From an uncultured delta proteobacterium (GTDB lineage Bacteria > Desulfobacterota > Desulfomonilia > UBA1062), in assembly GCA_963798485.1 (NCBI GenBank), contig CAWCTR010000017.1, positions 160,001 to 224,000 of the forward strand: DNA of 64,000 bases. Direction: 5' to 3'. The notes below the pieces were generated by a model. That model worked only from the letters and a program-made list of their open reading frames with translations, ran no database searches and was not told the DNA's origin. Each line of letters opens with the position of its first letter. The first letter of the stretch is position 1. Shown here piece by piece: positions 42,406 through 51,988 of the stretch. Position numbers and translations under genes: made by a program.

Positions 42406-44280
42406 TCAGGGTCCCGGCGTCAGTCCAGGTGTAAGTGTCAGCAGGGGATTACCGTCTGCATCGGTCTTGATCAGCAAGGATGCAGCATATCCCGAAGTTG
42501 CACCGCAAATGATATAACCGCCGTCACTGGTCTGGCGGGCAGAACTGAATGAATCAGATGGACTGCTCCCTGAACCATGGTAGGTTTTCTGCCAGAGGGC
42601 TGTCCCGCTTGCATCGGTCTTGATCAACCAGGGTGTATGATAATCAGAGCCTGTATAACCGGCAACGACATATCCACCACTGGTCTGCTGGACAGACTTG
42701 GCCTGGACATAATTACCATCACCGGTGCCGCTGCCGATGAAGGTCCTTATCCCGCCGTTGCCGAAGGCGGTATCCAGGTTTCCATTTGCATCGGTCTTGA
42801 TCAGCAAGGCATCATTACCACCTGAACCTTTGAAGCTTTCACCCGCCATGATATACCCGCTATCCGTGGTCTGCTGGACGGAAAAGGCTGTGCCTCCACT
42901 GGCGCCGGCACCGTTGAAGGTTTTATTCCAGCTCATAGTACCGTCTGCATCGGTCTTGATCAGCCATGCCTGTGTTCCCGTAGATACCGTGGTTGAACCT
43001 GCCATGATATATCCGTTATCCGTGGTCTGCTGGACGGAAAAGGCTGTGCCTCCACTGGCGCCGGTAATGGTGAAGGTTTTAGTCCAGCTCACAGCACCGG
43101 CTGTATCGGTCTTGATCAGCCATGCCTGTGTTCCCGTAGATACCGTGGTTGAACCTGCCAGAACATACCCGCCGCTTATTTGCTGGACGCAGTAGGCGTA
43201 AGCAGAACCGGAACTGCCGCTGGGAAATGTTTTCATCCCAGCTGTGCCGAATGATGTGTCTAAATTTCCATTTGCATCGGTCTTGATCAGCAAGGCTGCC
43301 GTATATTGGGCATTGTTAGCCGATAACGGTGTAGTATCACCAGCCACGATATAACCGCCGTCACTGGTCGGTTGGACAGAGGCAGCGCTATCATTGCTTG
43401 TGGCACCGCCTAAGGTTTGATTCCAGACCACGGTTCCAAACTCATCGGTCTTGATCAGCGAGACCGCCGTATGACCGGAAGCGGCTGAGGTGGTTGAACC
43501 TGCTATGACATAATCGCCGTCACTGGTCTGTATCACCGATTGGGCACCGCCGGCAGTGGCGCTGAAACTCGTTATCCAATTTAATATAATGGTGATATTG
43601 ACCGTAGCGGTGGCCGTGCCGCCGTAGAGATCCGTGACCTGGTAGACAAAGCTGTCGCTTATGTAGTTTTTCCCATCGTTCGTGTAGCTGAAGGTGCCGT
43701 CTGGATTAAGGGTAAGCTTGCCGTGGCTCTGCGGCGTTACCGGGGTCGTGTTCACGGTCATGCTTACCCCTTCAGGGTCGGTGTCGTTCGTCAGCACGTT
43801 CCCGGTTGTTAAACCGCCCTGACTCACCGAGACATTATCATTGGCCGCAACCGGCGGGAGCTCTTGATCGGATCTGGAAACCTCTATTACGCCGAGGTCC
43901 ACCGTCTGCCCGGCTACGACGGTGATGTTCGTTTTTTTCCCTGACAGCACCACCGTGCCCGAGGCGTTCTTGAGGTTGATGATTAAGGACCTGTTCGTTC
44001 CCGGTTTTACCCCTGAGACCGTCCCTTGGCCCGCGGTGCAATCCCATGGCCCGCCTTGGGCGATAGGCGAGTTGTTCTCATCGAATGTCTGTGCTTCAAC
44101 CGTGGCGATTTGCCATTCAGTGCAGGAGATTGGAGCTGTATTGTCTTGCGTATTTGCAAGTTGCGCGGATGATTGTTTATGAGGTGCATGAAGGGTGAAG
44201 GAGACAGAACCTGTGCTTGGGCCTGATGATTTGCCGGAACTGCTGCACGAGCAGAGAAGCAGGATAAAACAGAAAAACAA
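42406..44280 (-). CDS. Lipoprotein with Ig-like (tandem-95/Big_9-type) domain and beta-propeller repeats; start uncertain, possible 5' frameshift
   Basis: LCSC lipobox-like motif, PVAANDN...NVLTNDTDPEG...DGTFSY, repeated QQTxDxGYxxAG...LIKTD units. Confidence 0.8.
   Translation of the reverse strand: MFFCFILLLCSCSSSGKSSGPSTGSVSFTLHAPHKQSSAQLANTQDNTAPISCTEWQIATVEAQTFDENNSPIAQGGPWDCTAGQGTVSGVKPGTNRSLIINLKNASGTVVLSGKKTNITVVAGQTVDLGVIEVSRSDQELPPVAANDNVSVSQGGLTTGNVLTNDTDPEGVSMTVNTTPVTPQSHGKLTLNPDGTFSYTNDGKNYISDSFVYQVTDLYGGTATATVNITIILNWITSFSATAGGAQSVIQTSDGDYVIAGSTTSAASGHTAVSLIKTDEFGTVVWNQTLGGATSNDSAASVQPTSDGGYIVAGDTTPLSANNAQYTAALLIKTDANGNLDTSFGTAGMKTFPSGSSGSAYAYCVQQISGGYVLAGSTTVSTGTQAWLIKTDTAGAVSWTKTFTITGASGGTAFSVQQTTDNGYIMAGSTTVSTGTQAWLIKTDADGTMSWNKTFNGAGASGGTAFSVQQTTDSGYIMAGESFKGSGGNDALLIKTDANGNLDTAFGNGGIRTFIGSGTGDGNYVQAKSVQQTSGGYVVAGYTGSDYHTPWLIKTDASGTALWQKTYHGSGSSPSDSFSSARQTSDGGYIICGATSGYAASLLIKTDADGNPLLTLTPGLTPGP
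42847..43160. repeat. Intragenic 156-bp tandem duplication
   Basis: Near-identical blocks 156 nt apart, e.g. CGGTCTTGATCAGCCATGCCTGTGTTCCCGTAGATACC at 42951 and 43107. Confidence 0.85.
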
Positions 44281-44406
44281 AAAAGGCAGTATCGGATATC
44301 GTGTGAGTTACCTTTCCAGGAATGGTCTTTTCTCCCTGTGTCTGGCGCAAGATTAATCATATGGTGAAAAAAACGACTATACATCTCTCTTCCCCTCGTA
44401 CATGAG

Positions 44407-45333
44407 TTACCACTTAACATTTATATTCCCGGACTCGGTTTGGGTTTTCTGAATAACACCGGGATTATCGGATTCCTGCAAGGGATAATCCTTGCTTAAA
44501 GAAGTCGTATTTGATGTGCTTTTTTCCAGATCCCTAAGCATGGTCATGCTTTTTTCCGGTGCAGTGACAAGGTTAAGACTTCGCAGCTCATCCAGGGCAT
44601 CTTTTGCAGGGAGCAATTGAGGATCTTCCCTTATAGCTTTATTATAGTATTGCTCTGCATCCCTGTATTTTCCCTGATCGCTGCACTCAATGCCTTTAAT
44701 GAAACTCAAGAATGCATTGAGATCCGTTGTAAACGGTTTTTCAAGCTTGGCCTTCTTCTCGGGGGTGAGTTTGATTTTCAGCAGATCGATGATCTTGAAG
44801 AGTATCTTCTTCTCCATGTCGAATATCTGTTCCATTTGCCCTTCTGCAGTCGGCCTTCCCAGCGAGCTCTGATTTTTTACCTGAAGGAGGTTGGAAACTA
44901 CCGCCAGTTCAGAGGTCTGGCTGCCGGTGAGGTCCCCGCCAACCAGGTAGCCGGCGCCCAGTAATTTACCCACCCGCGGGGCGGTGGCATTGTCCACGAT
45001 CCCGGCTTCACCGATGTTGAGCTCTTCGGCCAGGGCCTGAAGCTTCACCCTCTCCACCAACTGGATATTCTCAAGTTGTGCCAGGTCTGTCATAAGCAGC
45101 AGGGCAAAGCCCTTCTGGAGTGGGTCCAGGGTGGCTTGTCCGGTTTTATTGCGGAAATAGAGGACAGCCAGGGTATTCGGCGCAAGAATGGTTTTCCGGG
45201 ATTTTTCCTGGTCGATAACCGTCCGTGCCCAGAGCCTGTCGTTATCCGTGACAACCTGACCCGCCCTGGCTATAGGCTCGTGGATGATGAACAGAGTGAT
45301 GCAACAAAGGAAGATAATAATGGTCTTTTTCAT
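44407..45333 (-). CDS. CsgG/TolB-N-like domain plus TPR protein
   Basis: LAVLYFRN, LVERVKLQ, VGKLLGAGYLVGG, C-terminal TPR-like helix pair. Confidence 0.75.
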   Translation of the reverse strand: MKKTIIIFLCCITLFIIHEPIARAGQVVTDNDRLWARTVIDQEKSRKTILAPNTLAVLYFRNKTGQATLDPLQKGFALLLMTDLAQLENIQLVERVKLQALAEELNIGEAGIVDNATAPRVGKLLGAGYLVGGDLTGSQTSELAVVSNLLQVKNQSSLGRPTAEGQMEQIFDMEKKILFKIIDLLKIKLTPEKKAKLEKPFTTDLNAFLSFIKGIECSDQGKYRDAEQYYNKAIREDPQLLPAKDALDELRSLNLVTAPEKSMTMLRDLEKSTSNTTSLSKDYPLQESDNPGVIQKTQTESGNINVKW

Positions 45334-45642
45334 GCCAATATACGCCCCTTTGGGATAAAAGCTTGGTTTATTATAGAGTGAATGCCGTCAATGTCAAGCA
45401 GGCCTGTTTCTTCCTGGCTCAAGCATAGGAAATGGTTTCACTCCGTCTTGCCTCATGTCGGTACGAAGGGTATTGCAGGGGACAGGGCAAGGGTTTCAGG
45501 GAATGACGGCAAAGAAACAATCAATAAAGTCCTGAACGGGTTGAAAGGGGTTTGTTGTATATGAAGGAACGGCAACAGGTCATGGATTCGGTTCCCGGAG
45601 AGCTCCGCGAGATCGTGATCTTGTATCACCCTTTCATATTTC

Positions 45643-46338
45643 TCAAGATAAAGATAAGTATTTTTTCCCATACAGCGCCTGGTCATACTCTGCCCGGCGG
45701 GACGGGCAGTTCCGCCTGGGGCACAAGGAACAGTTCACAAAGTGCTCACCTCCGACGTACTGGATGCCTGTGACGGACTTTAAAGGGTACAGGAGCATGT
45801 GAGAGCTCAGGCTCACCCCCACGGTCTCAGGAATCGAACCTAACAGTTCGAAGAGCGGCCGCTGCTGGGCCAGGGGCCAGTCCTCAAGTGATCCGGGGTT
45901 CATGCACGAGAGCTGCGCCGGGCTCACCTTGTCCTTCAGGTGCGCCTCCAGGGCCGTCATGGCCGACCCCAGGGCCAGGAGCATGATGGTGTCGGCCCAG
46001 AATGCATGCAGTGTCCCGGATATGGACCGTGCCCATTCCTCCAGGTCGGGGCCGCAGGTGGCGACAAAGGGGTAGACGGCCTTTGCGCCGGTCAGGTTAA
46101 CGCGCAACACCCGGCTGTCAAACCTGATCCCCTTGATGAACACATGTGCGTCTCCCATGGAATCAACCGCAGTAACCCTGAAGGCGGCCCTGGGGCGGGC
46201 AGCCGACAAAGCCCGGGAGAGAATCCCGGAAAGCTCCCCGGCCATCTTCGTGCCGGGCCGGACCTTGAGGATATCGCCCAGGCCTTTTTCTTCAAGGGTA
46301 AAAGGGATGTGATCGAGGATAATCGCGTCTTCGGTCAT
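45643..46338 (-). CDS. Methionine synthase activation-domain-like protein
   Basis: PFVATCG, MNPGSLEDWPL, YPLKSVTG, C-terminal CxxCxxxxC. Confidence 0.8.
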   Translation of the reverse strand: MTEDAIILDHIPFTLEEKGLGDILKVRPGTKMAGELSGILSRALSAARPRAAFRVTAVDSMGDAHVFIKGIRFDSRVLRVNLTGAKAVYPFVATCGPDLEEWARSISGTLHAFWADTIMLLALGSAMTALEAHLKDKVSPAQLSCMNPGSLEDWPLAQQRPLFELLGSIPETVGVSLSSHMLLYPLKSVTGIQYVGGEHFVNCSLCPRRNCPSRRAEYDQALYGKKYLSLS

Positions 46339-47909
46339 CTTATTGCCCCTGAAGGCATAGGGAACGTAATGCATCGGATGAATTCGTCTTCGAACCCGGG
46401 ATGAAGTGCGAGTTCCACCTCACGGACCTGGTCTCTCAGGGAGGATGCCTTATCCATGAACGGGGCGTCCATACAGGCTGTCTCGGCCGCCTTCAGGCTT
46501 GTGTTGCCCAGAAACCGCCAGGACGCGTTCAGGAAGTCCGGCAGGAAGCCCAGGGCCTTGAAATTTTCAAGGTTCAGGTGCTCCCCGAAGGCCCCGGCTA
46601 TAAGCACTTGTTCGATCGCCCCCGCATCCATACCGGACTCTTTCAACAGGATGCGGGAGGCGGCAAGGCCGGCGGCCTTGGCGAGCTGGAGGTTTCGTAT
46701 GTCCTTCTGGGTGAAAAGAATATCACCCTGGAGCCTGAGTGCCTTCATGCCTTCAATCTCTTCGGCGGTAAGGGGGAAGGGCAGGTCTGAGGGCTTAAGG
46801 TCCTTCCGAAAGGCACCGTCAGGCCGGATGATTCCCCGTCTCAAAAGGATAGCCGTCAGGTCCACGAGTGCTGTGCCTGAGATGCCCGCAGGCTCTCCTC
46901 TACCCATCATGTTGAAGGCAAGACCTAAAGGGCCGTGTTCCACTGCGGTTATGGCCCCGTCTTCGGCGGCCATGCCCCAGGCGATGTTCATACCCTCCAG
47001 TGCCGGACCCATGGCACACGACGTTGCGAAAAGATCCTTGTTCCCGTTCATGACGAACAGCTCCCCGTTGGTGCCGAGGTCGATGAAGAAAGCGTTCTTT
47101 TCGATGCCGGACCCCCGGCACAGGGTAAGCCCGCCCATGAGGTCTCCGCCGATGAAGGCGCTGAGCACGGGCAGGGCAAGGATCCGTGCGCCCTGAAATG
47201 CAGGGGTGTCCCTGTCCGCAGGGGTGAACCCGGTGAAGTCCCGTGTCTTCACCTCGTAGGGATATCTGCCGAGCGGTACTACGTCGAGGCCGAAGAAAAG
47301 CGAGAGCATGGTAGTGTTCCCGGAGAACACGATGAGTTCACAAGAGCCCGGAGTCATCTTACATGCCTCCAGGAACCGGAGCATGGCATTGAACACGGAT
47401 GACCGGATAAGATCGGACTGTAGGCGGGCTTTTGCAGGGTCGGAACATGCAGCTATGCGCGAGATCACGTCGTGCCCGAACCTGCGCTGGGGGTTAAGGA
47501 ACGAGTCTATGGGCAACGTGTTCCGGTGTTCAAGATCAACGAGCGAGATGCGGACCGTAGTGGTGCCGATGTCGCATGCGAGGCCGTAACGGCTGTCCTT
47601 GGATAGGCCCGGGCATGGTTGCTGCGCCGAGGCGTATGTCTCATCCATGAATACCTCGACATCGCCTTGTATAACTGCCTGGCAGGCCAGGCGCATGCCG
47701 GGCTTGTCTTTCAGTGCCTTTGCCTCCATATGGCCCTGCCCCGACAGTGCCCCTGTTGCCTTTACCATGCATTTACCGCAGGTACCCTTGCCTCCGCAGG
47801 GGGTCCTCACGGCAATGCCCATATCCATCAGGGCGTCGGCCAGGAGGGTATGCCGGGTAAAAATCTGGTGTTTGCCTGAAGGTGTGAGCCTGAGCCTGCA
47901 ACCGCTCAC
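46335..47909 (-). CDS. ASKHA-type reductive activator of corrinoid proteins (RACE/RamA-like)
   Basis: 2Fe-2S motif CGGKGTCGKC...LAC, DIGTTT, SGNTTM, DLGTNGE, AGAFG. Confidence 0.9.
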   Translation of the reverse strand: MSGCRLRLTPSGKHQIFTRHTLLADALMDMGIAVRTPCGGKGTCGKCMVKATGALSGQGHMEAKALKDKPGMRLACQAVIQGDVEVFMDETYASAQQPCPGLSKDSRYGLACDIGTTTVRISLVDLEHRNTLPIDSFLNPQRRFGHDVISRIAACSDPAKARLQSDLIRSSVFNAMLRFLEACKMTPGSCELIVFSGNTTMLSLFFGLDVVPLGRYPYEVKTRDFTGFTPADRDTPAFQGARILALPVLSAFIGGDLMGGLTLCRGSGIEKNAFFIDLGTNGELFVMNGNKDLFATSCAMGPALEGMNIAWGMAAEDGAITAVEHGPLGLAFNMMGRGEPAGISGTALVDLTAILLRRGIIRPDGAFRKDLKPSDLPFPLTAEEIEGMKALRLQGDILFTQKDIRNLQLAKAAGLAASRILLKESGMDAGAIEQVLIAGAFGEHLNLENFKALGFLPDFLNASWRFLGNTSLKAAETACMDAPFMDKASSLRDQVREVELALHPGFEDEFIRCITFPMPSGAIR

Positions 47910-47915
47910 CTGTTA

Positions 47916-48029
47916 TCAACCCTTGAGGCTCAGTGCCGCATGGATGAAGGCATCCGGGTTTTCCGCAGGGGTTTCGAGTGGTAGGTCGCAGAGCGATGAA
48001 AGGATGAAGGGGACGCCTTTTACACCCAT
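47916..48029 (-). pseudogene. C-terminal remnant of a UroD/MtaA-family gene
   Basis: Translates to MGVKGVPFILSSLCDLPLETPAENPDAFIHAALSLKG; compare GFILAGGCEIPANSRPENLKAMI in 51989-53191. Confidence 0.7.
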
Positions 48030-48031
48030 GT

Positions 48032-48673
48032 TCACACCGCCTTGCAGTAGGAGGTGAAGATCCGCAACGCATCGATGGCGGTCTCACCGTAGGCGTCGGC
48101 CCCCATCTCCCGGCACAGGGCCTCCGAGGTGCAGGCCCCTCCGATAACAATCTTCATGGCATCCCGCAGGCCCGCCTTTGTGCTCATATCCGCCACGTCG
48201 CGGATGCTCCCCACCATGGTGGTGAGCAGGGCGGAGAGCCCTATGAACTTTGTGCCCGTTGCCGTTGCCGTTTCTATGATCTTTTGTGCAGGCACGTCCA
48301 CCCCCAGGTCGATGACCTCGAACCCGTTGGCGGATAAGATCATGCCTACGATGTTCTTGCCGATCTCGTGAATGTCTCCGGCCACCGTTGCCAGGATAAC
48401 CTTGCCTCGCAGGCTTGCTTCATCAGGGTTCATGCGTGACTTGAGAAGGGGCATGGCCTCCTTCACGACCTCGCCTGCCATGATGAGGTCTGCCAGGAAA
48501 TACTCCCCTTCCTCGAACTTGCGGCCCACGGTCGCCAGGCCTTTGCTGATGCCCTCCTGGATGATGATCTCAGGGGCAAGACCTTCTTCCAGGCATTTAG
48601 CCACAAGGGCGCTGACCCCGTCGATGTCCAGTTCGTCTATGGCCTTCTGTACCGCCAGGATGGATTCGTTCAT
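48032..48673 (-). CDS. Corrinoid (B12-binding) protein
   Basis: VGRKFEEGEYFL cap, GDIHEIGKN, GLSALLT, IGGA. Confidence 0.93.
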   Translation of the reverse strand: MNESILAVQKAIDELDIDGVSALVAKCLEEGLAPEIIIQEGISKGLATVGRKFEEGEYFLADLIMAGEVVKEAMPLLKSRMNPDEASLRGKVILATVAGDIHEIGKNIVGMILSANGFEVIDLGVDVPAQKIIETATATGTKFIGLSALLTTMVGSIRDVADMSTKAGLRDAMKIVIGGACTSEALCREMGADAYGETAIDALRIFTSYCKAV

Positions 48674-49863
48674 TGAGCAGCCTCCTTGGGTGCGGTTTCA
48701 AGTGATATGGGGTATGCCCCGTACCGGCTTACCGCGTCCACCATGACCTCGAGCTTGCGGGCCGGTATGGAGCTCAGGCTGTGGACCGGGGCGATGATGA
48801 ACCTGCCGCCCGGGCCCAGTCCGGTGATAAGCCTCTTGACCTCTTCTTCCACCTCCTGGTCCTTCGAGCGGTCCGTGAGCAGATAGTCCACCCCCACGCC
48901 GCCGATGATGGTGACCGCCTCCCCATGGAGCTTTTTCTCCCTGAAGATGTCCACGTTGGAGGTATTTTCGTAGGCGTGCAGACCGTCCACACCCCAGGAG
49001 ATGAAGGTGTCGAAGAGCAGGGTGTTGTCGCCGCAGGAGTGGAGTACATATTTGCCTTTGCGGTCGTGCACGGCCTTGATGATGCGCCGGTAAGGCCCTC
49101 CGAAGAGTTCGTCGATGATTTTCGGGTTCATGATGGGTCCGCTCTTGAAGGCGAAGTCGTCGGTCTGGATGATGACCGGCACTCCAGCGTCTAAGAGCGC
49201 CATATTTGTCTTGAGACAGATCTCCTCGTTGAGGTCGATGTAGCGCTTCACCAGGTCCTTTTCCCGCCTGATCCATACGGGCATCTTCTCGAAACCCACT
49301 GCCCACAGGAGCGACTCCTGGATACCGTAGGCTGGGCCCTGGCCGAAGAGGCAGGTCCGCTGCCCGTAATCGTATACGACCTTTTTGAAGAAGGTGTAGG
49401 TTCTCTGCGCCACATCGTCGGCATCGGGCCAGTAGGGCCAGGCCTCGAAGTCCTCCCTGCTCTTGATGCCCGGGCCCCGGTACATGTAGGTCATGTTGCC
49501 ATACCCGTCGGGCTGGATGTTGAACACAGAGCCGTTGAAGCGGACCATAGTGGTGTGGTTGAGCACGGTAAAGGTCTCGTCCAGGATCGCCCACACCGAG
49601 TCGAAACCCAGTTCTACCTGTGCCCTGATGCGCTTCATGAGCGCCCGGTTCAGCTCTCTCTGAAATATTGGCCTGGTGATCAGGGGCCCCCACCGGTCCA
49701 GCACGAACCGGGCCACAGGGTTGGTCATGAGCAGTTCCTGGGATATGAGCGGCTTCCCGAGAACCTCATTGAAGGTCCGGTCCTCCACCATGGCGCAGAA
49801 GGTAGGGACCCGGTCCGTTGGTTTCCCGTCCAAGGCATAAAGTGCGCGATCTATCGGGTGCAT
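48670..49863 (-). CDS. Uroporphyrinogen decarboxylase/MtaA-family methyltransferase
   Basis: DRVP start, DDFAFKSG, LHSCG, GGRFIIAPVH. Confidence 0.85.
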   Translation of the reverse strand: MHPIDRALYALDGKPTDRVPTFCAMVEDRTFNEVLGKPLISQELLMTNPVARFVLDRWGPLITRPIFQRELNRALMKRIRAQVELGFDSVWAILDETFTVLNHTTMVRFNGSVFNIQPDGYGNMTYMYRGPGIKSREDFEAWPYWPDADDVAQRTYTFFKKVVYDYGQRTCLFGQGPAYGIQESLLWAVGFEKMPVWIRREKDLVKRYIDLNEEICLKTNMALLDAGVPVIIQTDDFAFKSGPIMNPKIIDELFGGPYRRIIKAVHDRKGKYVLHSCGDNTLLFDTFISWGVDGLHAYENTSNVDIFREKKLHGEAVTIIGGVGVDYLLTDRSKDQEVEEEVKRLITGLGPGGRFIIAPVHSLSSIPARKLEVMVDAVSRYGAYPISLETAPKEAAQ

Positions 49864-49876
49864 GAAGGACTCCTCC

Positions 49877-50752
49877 TCAAATCCTCTCAAGTGTCTTCTT
49901 TATCTCGATGATGAAGGACCGGTCCGACCCGCAGCAGCCGCCGATGAAGTTCGCACCGGCCTTTACGAGTTCAGGGACGAAGCTGGCAAAGTCATGGGCG
50001 GTTGTGTGGTACACGACCTGTCCCGCCACCCTCTCGGGCAGCCCGGCGTTCGCCTTCATCCACAGGGGCAACTCGGTTGCGGCGCGCATGCGGGAGCAGA
50101 TGGGAATGAACCCCTCGATTCCCTGCCCGCAGTTGGCGCCGAGGACGTCCGCCCCTGCCTGAGAGAGGACCTCTACGGCCTGTTCCGGCGTATTGCCCAT
50201 CATAGTGCGGTCCTTCATTTTACCCGCTGCAAAGACCAGGCAGGCGACGACCGGGAGCCCGGTCTTCTTGGCGGAGGCAACGGCTATGCGCGCCTCAGCG
50301 AGGTCCATCATGGTCTCCACCACGATAGCGTCGGCCCCGGAGACGGCTATGGCCCGGGCCTGCTCTTCAAAGGCTTGGGCCAAGTCGGTCTCGGTCACCT
50401 CTTTTACGGCCAGGAGCTTGCCGGAAGGGCCCATGGATGCGAACACGAAAGCCTTGCTTCCGGCTGCCCGGCGGGAGATCTCCACGCCCGCGATGTTTAT
50501 CTCCCTGACTTTATCGGCCTGGCCGAACTTGCCAAGTACATAGCGGTTGGCCCCGAAGGTGTTGGTCAGGATGACCCGGCTGCCGGCATCCACGTATTCC
50601 TTTGCCACCTCCTGGACCTTGTCCGGGTGGGTGAGATTCCACGTATCAGGTGATTCGCCGGGCTTCAGGCCGCGTTTGATTATCTGCGTGCCCCAGGAAC
50701 CATCCGTCAGGACGGGTCCGTCCTTGATGAGCTCGGCGATGAAAGCATGCAT
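49877..50752 (-). CDS. Homocysteine S-methyltransferase domain protein (stand-alone MetH N-domain)
   Basis: DGSWGT, TNTFGAN, GANC, ANAGLP, GGCCG. Confidence 0.92.
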   Translation of the reverse strand: MHAFIAELIKDGPVLTDGSWGTQIIKRGLKPGESPDTWNLTHPDKVQEVAKEYVDAGSRVILTNTFGANRYVLGKFGQADKVREINIAGVEISRRAAGSKAFVFASMGPSGKLLAVKEVTETDLAQAFEEQARAIAVSGADAIVVETMMDLAEARIAVASAKKTGLPVVACLVFAAGKMKDRTMMGNTPEQAVEVLSQAGADVLGANCGQGIEGFIPICSRMRAATELPLWMKANAGLPERVAGQVVYHTTAHDFASFVPELVKAGANFIGGCCGSDRSFIIEIKKTLERI

Positions 50753-51285
50753 GGTTTTCTCCTTATCGAGAAAGATCTCGTGTGAAACACGCAATGCTAT
50801 TGAGAGCACCTTTTTGAGAATGAGTCCCTTTTGATCTAAACTATACCCGGCCCAGCGTCAATCTCAACTGTGATGGCGGGTATGGATTACTTAGGCCGGT
50901 TCTACAGGTTTGTGGTGTATTTATCCCGAATTTAACCGACCTATTAAAAACAATTCCATGGAGTTTTATGCTTAAGGCCACCTGAAGTGGTTAGAGTATT
51001 CATATGTATCAGCTATAATTTGATCTTAGAAATGAAACCCGGCACTAAATTAAAATATGTCAATGTGCTCTTTTGCTTATTGATAAAAAGTCAAGATAGC
51101 GTGCCAAGATATACACTATTATAGTTACTGATAAATTGTTAAGATATCTCATGAGGATCATAAAAAGGGTAAAAGGTCTGGGGAATAAAAGATGAATATT
51201 GTAGGCCTTATGGAATTACATGTGTCTTGCAGGATGTGCTATCTTTAGTAATTCAGGAGCACTATTCAATAGAGGAGGAGCAGTA

Positions 51286-51933
51286 ATGGCAAGTGGCAAG
51301 GAGGTCTTTGACGGATTCCGGGAGATGTTCTTCTCCTTCAATCTGGATAGGATTACTGCGGAGACGGATCGACTTCTCAAGTCAGGTTGTTCGCCCCAGG
51401 ATTTTCTTCTTGTGTGCCAGCAGTGCATGGAGGAGGTCGGAAAGAAGTTCGAAGCCGGCGACTATTTTCTGCCCGAGCTGGTTATGGCCGGGGAAATATT
51501 CAAGCAGGTGAGCTTCTCGATCAAACCATACTTCAAGGACGGTGATGGTCAAAAACATCTTGGGACAATCGTTATCGGAACTCCCAAAGGTGATATCCAC
51601 GCCTTGGGGAAGGATATTTTCTGTGTCCTGGCAGAAGCGGCCGGTTTTATCGTCCACAACCTGGGAGAAGACGTCCGCCCTGAGAGTTTTATCGACAAGC
51701 TGAAAGCCACCGGCGCATCGATCCTCGGCATGTCGGCATTGATCACCACTACATATCATTCCATGGCCCAGGTCATAGAGCTGCTCAAAGAGAATGGCAT
51801 GCGTGACGACGTCAAGGTGGTGATCGGCGGAGGGGCGACCTCAAAAGACCTGGCGGAAAAGATCGGAGCCGACGCCCAGACCTGGGATGCCTATGAAGGC
51901 ATCCGGATCATTCAATCGTTTGCGGGTGTCTAA
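51286..51933 (+). CDS. Corrinoid (B12-binding) protein
   Basis: VGKKFEAGDYFLPEL, GDIHALGK, GMSALIT; RBS GGAGG. Confidence 0.92.
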   Translation: MASGKEVFDGFREMFFSFNLDRITAETDRLLKSGCSPQDFLLVCQQCMEEVGKKFEAGDYFLPELVMAGEIFKQVSFSIKPYFKDGDGQKHLGTIVIGTPKGDIHALGKDIFCVLAEAAGFIVHNLGEDVRPESFIDKLKATGASILGMSALITTTYHSMAQVIELLKENGMRDDVKVVIGGGATSKDLAEKIGADAQTWDAYEGIRIIQSFAGV

Positions 51934-51988
51934 GCCTGGAACGTATTCATTTTCATGATTTATATTCCTTGTGCATGGTGAGGACCGT

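Noticed and set aside
42847-43160. 156-bp repeats as a CRISPR array or DGR template/variable pair
   Set aside because: In-frame protein repeat with no spacers, no adenine-specific pattern evident, and no cas or RT gene.
50830-51285. Cobalamin riboswitch between the divergent corrinoid operons
   Set aside because: No B12-box or other conserved riboswitch elements were recognisable.
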